From positions 2,670,001 to 2,702,000 of the forward strand of contig OW818675.1 in assembly GCA_942493095.1 (NCBI GenBank): DNA of 32,000 nt, written 5' to 3'. Source of the DNA: Candidatus Electronema halotolerans. Its GTDB lineage: Bacteria > Desulfobacterota > Desulfobulbia > Desulfobulbales > Desulfobulbaceae. The notes under the pieces are model-generated. The model saw only the letters and a list, made by a program, of their open reading frames with translations. It had not been told where the DNA came from and ran no database searches. Within the stretch, counting starts at the first letter, position 1, and every line of letters begins with the position of its first letter. Shown here piece by piece: positions 8,291 to 16,700 of the stretch. A program made the translations under genes and the position numbers.

Positions 8291-8710
8291 CTATTCCCTG
8301 TTGTCTTGCTTGTTGTCTGATTTCAATATTTGAATATTCGGTGTTATTCCAGCCTGTCGTGCCTGTTTGCAAAAATTGCGGTCAAAAGTATGCAATGCAG
8401 CTTGACTGCAAGCTGCCAAGTGCATCGCATCGGCGAAATCAGCACCCAATGCATACCATGTTATTGCTTGCTCAAATTGCGCTGCATCTTCCAGCATCAC
8501 ATTTTCAATTTCCAGCAATAAGTTGAAAAACGTGAGCAGTTCGTCACGGCTTTTTCGATAACGTGAACGAAGCACCCATTCTGTTTCGAGCAGAACTGTT
8601 TTTGGCAGAAAAACCGTATTGTCAGCGAGTAATACTTCTGCTGAATCAGCCTGCTCTTTATCATCATCAGCAAGGAAACGAACCAATATGCAGGTGTCAA
8701 ACGCTATCAT
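8291..8710 (-). CDS. vapC: PIN-domain ribonuclease toxin VapC
   Basis: MIAFDTCILVRFL... (conserved Asp at position 5), then LLETEWVL and ADAMHLA acidic/PIN strings. ATG 8710 overlaps the vapB stop (ATGA). The track start 8740 would overlap vapB by 34 nt and is rejected. Confidence 0.85.
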   Translation of the reverse strand: MIAFDTCILVRFLADDDKEQADSAEVLLADNTVFLPKTVLLETEWVLRSRYRKSRDELLTFFNLLLEIENVMLEDAAQFEQAITWYALGADFADAMHLAACSQAALHTFDRNFCKQARQAGITPNIQILKSDNKQDNRE

Positions 8711-8958
8711 TTCTCCTCCGAATAATCCACTGGTGCGCAAAGCTGTTCATTGGATAATGACTGTCCTTTATGTTTAAGAAGACCGCGCAATTCCTCCATC
8801 CGACGTTTTTTTTTCGGCTCGTGCTTGGGATGAATCAGCAGTCCTGATGCAATGATGCTGATATTAAACTCCATTCCGCTTTGCCATCGCAGCATGTCCC
8901 GAATGGCTGCCGGGATATTGAGCTGTCCTGCTTCCGAAAGCTGCACCGTTGTTTTCAT
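8707..8958 (-). CDS. vapB: AbrB/SpoVT/MazE-fold antitoxin VapB
   Basis: 83-aa ORF MKTTVQLSEAGQLNIPAAIRDMLRWQSGMEFNISI... (swapped-hairpin looped-barrel pattern). Sits directly upstream of and overlapping a PIN toxin. Confidence 0.75.
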   Translation of the reverse strand: MKTTVQLSEAGQLNIPAAIRDMLRWQSGMEFNISIIASGLLIHPKHEPKKKRRMEELRGLLKHKGQSLSNEQLCAPVDYSEEK

Positions 8959-8980
8959 ACTTTCACAGTTAGTTAAGAAA

Positions 8981-9321
8981 TTAGCTGGCTATTCTGCCAT
9001 GCAGCACCGTCTTCAAATAATCCTGCGCAGCAACAAATTCCGGTTTCCTGCCGTTCATCTTTTTCATCAGCGGCAGCACGGATGCCCATGCAATCAGCAT
9101 ATCGTAATCCCGCAGCACTTCCATGATCATCCGATTCCGTGCGCACTGCTGCCCGACCAGCATCTCTTCCTCCACGCCGAGCAGAATCATGCCGCCTTGG
9201 AAGTTGGTCATTGCCGCGCTATTTTTTTGGCCAGCTGCTCAGGCCGGATGTCATCCCGCTTGAATTCCAGCCCTGAGTTTTCCCCATTGGCAATCAGTTC
9301 AAGCAGTTCTGTCTTCAGCAT
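8981..9321 (-). pseudogene. frameshifted and internally deleted AlbA_2 / Schlafen-like ATP-dependent DNA-binding protein gene
   Basis: Frame 1 from ATG 9321: MLKTELLELIANGENSGLEFKRDDIRPEQLAKKIARQ*. This has the AlbA_2 hallmark E.(L/V)EFK and stops at 9210-9208. It continues in another frame (track ORF 8981-9211) as MTNFQGGMILLGVEEE..., then jumps to a C-terminal-type string ARNRMIMEVLRDYDMLIAWASVLPLMKKMNGRKPEF. An A7 run (9222-9228) is the likely frameshift site. Total length is about 110 aa, whereas intact family members are several hundred. Confidence 0.6.
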
Positions 9322-10634
9322 GATTCGTGCCTCTCCAGCAACGCCACCGTCTCAATATGGTTAGTCTGGGGAAACATGTCGAGCGGCTGCAAGGCGGCCA
9401 CCTGAAATCCCTTGCCGCAGAGTACTGCCAGATCACGGGCCAGCGTGACAGGATCGCAGGAAATATAGATGATTTTTTCTGGCCTCAGCTCTGGCAGCAG
9501 GGCTGCGCTTTTGCCAATTCCAGCTCGCGGCGGGTCAAGCAGGATGATGTCCACCCGCTGCTGCTCCTTAACCATCTGCCGCAGGCTGGCGTGAACATCA
9601 GCCGCCTGAAAACGGGCCACAACTCTGGCGGCCTCAGCATTGCGCTTGGCCCAGCGCACACTTTCCGAGCTGCCTTCAATGCCAAAGACCGCAGCACCTG
9701 CCAAGGCTGACGGCACGGAAAAATTGCCCATGCCGCAGTACAAGTCAACAACGCTTTTTCCCTGAAAACTCCCGGCAAACTGTAAAACAAGCTGAATAAG
9801 TTGCTCATTCTGAGCGGGATTGACCTGCGAAAAGCAACCGCCTGACCAAGACAGCGTGCATTTCTGCTCTGACAGGATCATCTGCTGCATCAGCGGGTTG
9901 GCAGTGCCGCTGCGGGAATAGAGATGCTGAAAACCCTTTGCATTGGTGCAGCCAATCTGATCGATGCTGGCGCAGGCGGCCAGCTCCTGCACAACCGCTG
10001 CTGGAAGCCGCTGCCTGTTTTTGAGCGGCAGTACCAAGGTGATGCGTCGGTCCGCAGGCGAGCAATGCAGCTCCAGTTCCTGACAGATTTTCCCCAAACA
10101 ACCCAGCGCAGCAAGCTCGGCCAAGGCAATGTTGATCTCATCAGCCGCTGTCGGACAGGAGCTTATGGCAACAAAGTCATTGCTCTGCTTTTTGAAAAAG
10201 CCGAGCTGCCCGTCTGAGCTGATTTTCAGGCGCAGGCGATGCCGGTACGCCCATTGCTGCGGCGAGGGCAGCACCTCGGCAATGGCAACCGCAGACAGAG
10301 GGACATGCGCCCGCTGCATTGTCTCGGCAACAAGAGCCTGTTTGATCCGCAACTGCTCGGCATGACTGCTGTGCTGCAAATCGCAGCCGCCACATTCGCC
10401 ATAGAACGGACAGCGCGGCCCAATCCGTTCAGCGGAAGGTTCCAGCAGCTCGGCCAGCTCCGCCTCAATATAGCCGGACTTTTGCCGCAGCTCCCGCAAC
10501 GCCACGCGCTCGCCGGGCAGGACAAAGCCGGACATGAGCACCTGTCCGGCTTCTGTGCGGGCCAGCCCTTGGCCGCCCGCGATTATTTTTTCAATGGTGA
10601 CGACGTGCTGCGTCTCCTGAGCTGGCTTGCTCAC
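9315..10634 (-). CDS. rlmD: 23S rRNA (uracil-C5)-methyltransferase, RumA/RlmD family (TRAM + Fe-S + SAM MTase)
   Basis: 439-aa ORF (GTG start). Cys cluster CPFYGECGGCDLQH; SAM motif VVDLYCGMGNFS; LLDPPRAG; catalytic-Cys string YISCDPVTLARD. Confidence 0.88.
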   Translation of the reverse strand: MSKPAQETQHVVTIEKIIAGGQGLARTEAGQVLMSGFVLPGERVALRELRQKSGYIEAELAELLEPSAERIGPRCPFYGECGGCDLQHSSHAEQLRIKQALVAETMQRAHVPLSAVAIAEVLPSPQQWAYRHRLRLKISSDGQLGFFKKQSNDFVAISSCPTAADEINIALAELAALGCLGKICQELELHCSPADRRITLVLPLKNRQRLPAAVVQELAACASIDQIGCTNAKGFQHLYSRSGTANPLMQQMILSEQKCTLSWSGGCFSQVNPAQNEQLIQLVLQFAGSFQGKSVVDLYCGMGNFSVPSALAGAAVFGIEGSSESVRWAKRNAEAARVVARFQAADVHASLRQMVKEQQRVDIILLDPPRAGIGKSAALLPELRPEKIIYISCDPVTLARDLAVLCGKGFQVAALQPLDMFPQTNHIETVALLERHESC

Positions 10635-10734
10635 GGCTTGGCCGCCATTAGCTGGCCGGGCAGAGAAACAGCCGCATCGTTCTTGCTATGGCTTGACTGT
10701 CTGCGCATGTCCGAATCCTTGCCTCACCAGATGC

Positions 10735-10780
10735 GCACGAAAGGCAAACAGGAAGACGGTCGCCTGTCCTCCTGTTTGCC
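10735..10780 (-). terminator. strong hairpin after the giant gene (possible intrinsic terminator)
   Basis: Minus strand: GGCAAACAGGAGGAC-aggcgacc-GTCTTCCTGTTTGCC (15-bp stem, one G-U), then TTTCGTG. It begins 10 nt after the TAA at 10793-10791. The U-tract is short, so efficiency is uncertain. Confidence 0.5.
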
Positions 10781-10790
10781 GCAGCACGGT

Positions 10791-13700
10791 TTATTCTCCG
10801 AGCAGATGCAGCTCCACCCGCCGGTTTTTCGCCCGGCCTTCCCGGGTGCTGTTGTCCGCAACCGGATTGTCTTGGCCATAGCCTTTGCTGACCATCAGCT
10901 CTCTCCTGATGCCTTGGCTGATCAGGAAATTGCGCACTGCGTCAGCCCGGCGCTGCGAGATGACTTGGTTTCGCTCCGGGCTGCCCACGCTGTCTGTGTA
11001 GCCTGCAACTTCAAACTTCTGCTCCGCCGCTGCCTGCTTGATCAGGGCGGCGGCAGTGGTCAGGCTTTTCCGGGCCTCATCAGTCAGTTCCGCAGTGCCA
11101 AGGGCAAAATTGACCCCGGAAAGCACAATAGCCCTGCTTTCCTCGCAACCCATTTTATTGACCGTTGCCCCGTTCTGCGTTTCCGGGCAGAGATCCTCGC
11201 CGTCAGCCACGCCGTCGCCGTCCTTATCCGCTGCTGGCTCTTGGGCCGCCGGGGCAGCCTGTTCCGGGCTGTCAGTTTGCTCCTGCGATGCCACTGGCTG
11301 CTGCTTGAGCGCATTCAACTCCGCCTGCAACGATTCGATCTGCTTGCGGCTTTCTGTCAGCTCCGTCTTGAGCTGCTCCGAGTCATCCCCCTCCTGAACA
11401 GCGGCGGCTTCAGCACTTTGCGTCACTTGCTCCATTTTGGCCGCAGCCTGCTCAAGAGCGGCGGATTTTTCATCCAGCGCGGTTTTGAGCTGCTCTATTT
11501 CCTGGCGCAGATTTTCTTTAGCCTCAGTCAGCTCAGTCTCTTTTGCGCTCAGATTCTTCTTGAGACCGTCAATCTCCTCCTGCAAGGCCGCCGCATCCTT
11601 GCCTGCCTCCTGCTGGGCCTGCTGCTTCTTCTGCGCTGCAGCAAGCGCGGTCTCAGCTTCAGCTAATTTGCCTTGAACAGTCTTCAGCTCTTCCTGCAAG
11701 GCAGCGGTCTTGCCCTGCTTCTGCGCTTTTGCCAAGGCCGTCTCTTTTTCTGCCAGCGTTTTTTTCAGGCTGTCCAACTCCTGCTGCAAGGCCGTGTTTT
11801 GCCCTTGGTTCTTCTGAGCTTCAGCAAGTGCGGCTTCGCTTTTGGTCAGCTTGGCTTTAACCGTCTTCAGCTCCTCTGCCAAAGCAGCTATTTTTTCTTG
11901 GGCGGCTTTAAGCTGATCAGCTCCTGTCTGCATCTCCACAGACTGCGCTTCCAAAGCAGCTTCCTTTTCCGCCTGACTTTGCTTCAAGGCAGCAACTTCC
12001 TGCTGCAAGGCAGCGAGCTGCTCCTGGCTCTTCTGCGCTTGGGCAAGCTCGGCTTCCCTCTCGGCCAGCTTGTCCTTCACCGCCTGCAGGTCCGCAACTT
12101 GGACTTCCAAATCGGTATTTTTCTTTTTCGCCTCGGCAAGCTGTTCCTTTAAGGGCTGGAGATTGGCCACTTCCGCTTCCAAGGCAGCAACCTGCTCGGC
12201 AGCAGCCTGCACTTTTTCATGCACTGCCTCCAGATCAGCTAATTTTTTCTCCGCTTCCTGCTTCTGCTGCCGGGCCAGATCCAGCTCCTGCTCCATGTCA
12301 GCAGCCTTGCTTTCCAGTGCCGCAGCCTTCTCGTCCGCCGCCGTCAGTTTGCCTTTGATGTCCTCAGCCTGAGCATCAGCATCAGCAAGCTGGCCGCTCC
12401 GCTCTTCCAACTGCTGCGTTGTTGCTGCCAGCTCGTTATTAGCCGTCTCCAGCTCGCCGGTCAGCTTCTCCTGAGCGGCAGTCAGATCAGCAATTTTCTG
12501 AGTCAGCTCCGCAGCCTGCTGTTTTTTTGCCGCAATCTCGGTCTGCAATTTCTCGTTTTCCGCTCTGAGAACGGTGAGCACCTCATCCTTGCCGGTCAGG
12601 CTCTGCTCTAGACCACGCTCTTTTTCCTTTGCTGCGGCAAGACCTTCTTCGGCTGTCTGCAAGGCCGTCTTGGTTTCCGCAAGCTGCTTTTCCAGAGCTG
12701 CGGCAGCATCTGCTTTCTGTTGCAGCTCCTGCCGCAGCTGTTCGGCCTCTTTCTCCTGCACCTTTTTTTCCTGCATCAGTCCGGTCACTTGCGCAACCAA
12801 ATCCTGACCATAGGCCTTGGCCTCGTCAAGCTGCTCGCGGGCCGCCTCCAGATTGGCCTGCCTTTCGGCAATCTGCCCTTTCAGCTCGGCAATCCGCTGC
12901 TCTGAGGGCGCATATTCCTGCTCCTTTTTTTCGCCATAGCTGAACATGGCCTCAGCCTTCATCTGAGCGGCCTTGAGCGACTGCTCCAGCTCCTTGATTT
13001 TGACAGCAGATGCGACCAACAGACTTTTCTGGTTCTCCAGCTTGAGCTGCCGCTCATCAAGCAGGGACTGGAGCTTTTGCTGCTTGCCGCTGACTTCCTG
13101 CGCATGCTTCTCTGCCGCCGCCTTGGCGATTGCGCCCTGCTCCAGCACTTTTTCCAGCTCGGCGATTTTTGTCTTGGCCGCATCGGCCTGCGACTTGCTC
13201 TCCGCAGCCTGCTTCTTCTGCTCGTCAAGCTGGGCAGTCAACTTTTTAACTTCTCCGGCCAGCCGGTGCTGCTCCCCGGAAGTCTGCTTCAGTTTCTGCT
13301 GCAGATCAGCCAGCTCCGCCTGCCGCTGTTTCAGAGCATCCTGCGCATCTGCCCTGCCCTTCTCGGCTGCGGCTAATTTCTGCTTGAGATCAGCAAGTTG
13401 CTTGTCTTTCGCCGCTGCTGTCTGCTGCAAGGCACTGACCTGCTCGGTCAGCTTCTTGCCTGCCGCATCAGCCGCAGCCTGCTGCTGCTTGGCCTCAGCC
13501 AGCAGCTTCTCCTGCTCCGCAGCCTGCTTTTGCAGCTCGGCCAATTGCTTTTCTGCTGCGGCCAGCTTCTGCCCCTGCTCCTTGCCGTAGCTTGCCAAAG
13601 ACTCAGCCTTGAGTTCAGCCTTGCGCCGCGCTTCTTCAAGAGCAGCCTGCGTTTCCTTGTCAGCAGCAAGCTGCGCCGCTGTCTGCTCGACCTGGCGGTT

Positions 13701-16700
13701 CAGCTCAAAAATACGGCTCTCCGCCGCCTGCTGGGCCTGGCGCAGCTTGGCAATCTCCTCCTGCAAGGTCTGCTTCTTCTGATTCTGTTTACCCTTCCCC
13801 TCGGCAAGGCTGCTGGTCAGCTTGCTGATTTCCTTGGTGAGCTGCTGCTTTTCCAGCTCCAGCTTCTGCTGGACAGCCGCCAAGTCCTCCTGCCGCTGTT
13901 CCAGAGCGTCCTGCGCATCTGTTTTGTCCTTCTCGGCTGCGGCAAGCTGCTGCTTGAGATCAGCCAACTGCTTGTCTTTCGCCGCTGCTGTCTGCTGCAG
14001 CGCATTGATCTGTTCAGCCAGCTTCTCCTGCTCCGCAGCCTGCTTTTGCAGCTCGGCCAATTGCTTCTCTGCTGCGGCCAGCTTCTTTTCCTGCTCCTTG
14101 CCGTAGCTTGCCAAAGACTCAGCCTTGAGTTCAGCCTTGCGCCGCGCTTCTTCAAGAGCAGCCTGCGTTTCCTTGTCAGCAGCAAGCTGCGCCGCTGTCT
14201 GCTCGGCCTGGCGGTTCAGCTCAAAAATACGGCTCTCCGCCGCCTGCTGGGCCTGGCGCAGCTTGGCAATCTCCTCCTGCAAGGTCTGCTTCTTCTGATT
14301 CTGTTTACCCTTCCCCTCGGCAAGGCTGCTGGTCAGCTTGCTGATTTCCTCGGTGAGCTGCTGCTTTTCCAGCTCCAGCTTCTGCTGGACAGCCGCCAAG
14401 TCCTCCTGCCGCTGTTCCAGAGCGTCCTGCGCATCTGCCTTGTCCTTCTCCGCTGCGGCAAGCTGCTGCTTCAGATCAGCCAGCTGCTTGTCTTTCGCCG
14501 CTGCTGTCTGCCGCAGGCCATTGATCTGTTCAGCCAGCTTCTTGCCTACAGCCTGCTGCTGCCTAGCCTCAGCCAGCAGCTTCTCCTGCTCCGCAGCCTG
14601 CTTTTGCAGCTCGGCCAATTGCTTTTCCGCTGTGGCCAGCTTCTTTTCCTGCTCCTTGCCGTAGCTTGCCAAAGACTCAGCCTTGAGTTCAGCCTTGCGC
14701 CGCGCTTCTTCAAGAGCAGCCTGCGTGTCCTTGTCAGCAGCAAGCTGCGCCGCTGTCTGCTCGACCTGGCGGTTCAGCTCAAAAATACGGCTCTCCGCTG
14801 CCTGCTGGGCCTGGCGCAGCTTGGCAATTTCCTCCTGCAAGGTCTGCTTCTTCTGATTCTGTTTACCCTTCCCCTCGGCAAGGCTGCTGGTCAACTTGTT
14901 GATTTCCTCGGTGAGCTGCTGCTTTTCCAGCTCCAGCTTCTGCTGGACAGCCGCCAAGTCGTCCTGCCGCTGTTCCAGAGCGTCCTGCGCATCTGTTTTG
15001 TCCTTCTCCGCTGCGGCAAGCTGCTGCTTCAGATCAGCCAGCTGCTTGTCTTTCGCCGCTGCTGTCTGCTGCAGGCCATTGATCTGTTCAGCCAGCTTCT
15101 TGCCTACAGCCTGCTGCTGCCTAGCCTCAGCCAGCAGCTTCTCCTGCTCCGCAGCCTGCTTTTGCAGCTCGGCCAATTGCTTTTCCGCTGTGGCCAGCTT
15201 CTTTTCCTGCTCCTTGCCGTAGCTTGCCAAAGACTCAGCCTTGAGTTCAGCCTTGCGCCGCGCTTCTTCAAGAGCAGCCTGCGTGTCCTTGTCAGCAGCA
15301 AGCTGCGCCGCTGTCTGCTCGACCTGGCGGTTCAGCTCAAAAATACGGCTCTCCGCCGCCTGCTGGGCCTGGCGCAGCTTGGCAATTTTCTCCTGCAAGG
15401 TCTGCTTCTTCTGATTCTGTTTACCCTTCCCCTCGGCAAGGCTGCTGGTCAACTTGTTGATTTCCTCGGTGAGCTGCTGCTTTTCCAGCTCCAGCTTCTG
15501 CTGGACAGCCGCCAAGTCCTCCTGCCGCTGCTCCAGAGCGTCCTGCGCATCTGCCTTGTCCTTCTCCGCTGCGGCAAGCTGCTGCTTCAGATCAGCCAGC
15601 TGCTTGTCTTTCGCCGCTGCCACCTGCTGCAGCGCATTGATCTGTTCAGCCAGCTTCTTGCCTACAGCCTGCTGCTGCCTAGCCTCAGCCAGCAGCTTCT
15701 CCTGCTCCGCAGCCTGCTTTTGCAGCTCGGTCAATTGCTTTTCCGCTGTGGCCAGCTTCTTTTCCTGCTCCTTGCCGTAGCTTGCCAAAGACTCAGCCTT
15801 GAGTTCAGCCTTGCGCCGCGCTTCTTCAAGGGAAGCCTGCGTTTCCTTGTCAGCAGCAAGCTGCGCCGCTGTCTGCTCGGCCTGGCGGTTCAGCTCAAAA
15901 ATACGGCTCTCCGCCGCCTGCTGGGCCTGGCGCAGCTTGGCAATCTCCTCCTGCAAGGTCTGCTTCTTCTGATTCTGTTTACCCTTCCCCTCGGCAAGGC
16001 TGCTGGTCAGCTTGCTGATTTCCTCGGTGAGCTGCTGCTTTTCCAGCTCCAGCTTCTGCTGGACAGCCGCCAAGTCGTCCTGCCGCTGTTCCAGAGCGTC
16101 CTGCGCATCTGCCTTGTCCTTCTCCGCTGCGGCAAGCTGCTGCTTCAGATCAGCCAGCTGCTTGTCTTTCGCCGCTGCCACCTGCTGCAGGCCATTGATC
16201 TGTTCAGCCAGCTTGTCCTGCTCCGCTGCCTGCTTTTGCAGCTCGGCCAATTGCTTTTCCGCTGCGGCCAGCTTCTTTTCCTGCTCCTTGCCGTAGCTCA
16301 TCAGCGACTCAGCCTTGAGTTCAGCCTTGCGCCGCGCTTCTTCAAGGGAAGCCTGCGTTTCCTTGTCAGCAGCAAGCTGCGCCGCTGTCTGCCCGGCCTG
16401 GCGGTTCAAGGCGAAAATGCGGCTCTCCGCAGCCTGCTGGGCCTGCTGGAGCTGCGCAATCTTTTCCTGCAAGGACTGCTTGGTCTGATTTTGCTGATTC
16501 TTTTGTTGGGCAAGGCTGTCAGTCAGTTTGCTGATTTTTTGAGTAAGCTGCTGCTTCTCCTGCGCCAGCTGCTGCTGGACAGCCGCCAATTCTTCCTGCC
16601 ACTCCTCCAGAGCGGTCTGCGCATCTGTCTTGTCTTTCTCGGCAGCGGCAAGCTGCTGCTTGAGACCAGCAAGCTGCTTGTCCTTCTCCGCTGCCGCCTG

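Noticed and set aside
8289-8372. Longer start (8372) of the membrane-protein ORF and longer start (8740) of vapC
   Set aside because: Both would create long overlaps with the upstream genes. Internal ATGs at 8288 and 8710 give the classic 2-nt gap and ATGA coupling.
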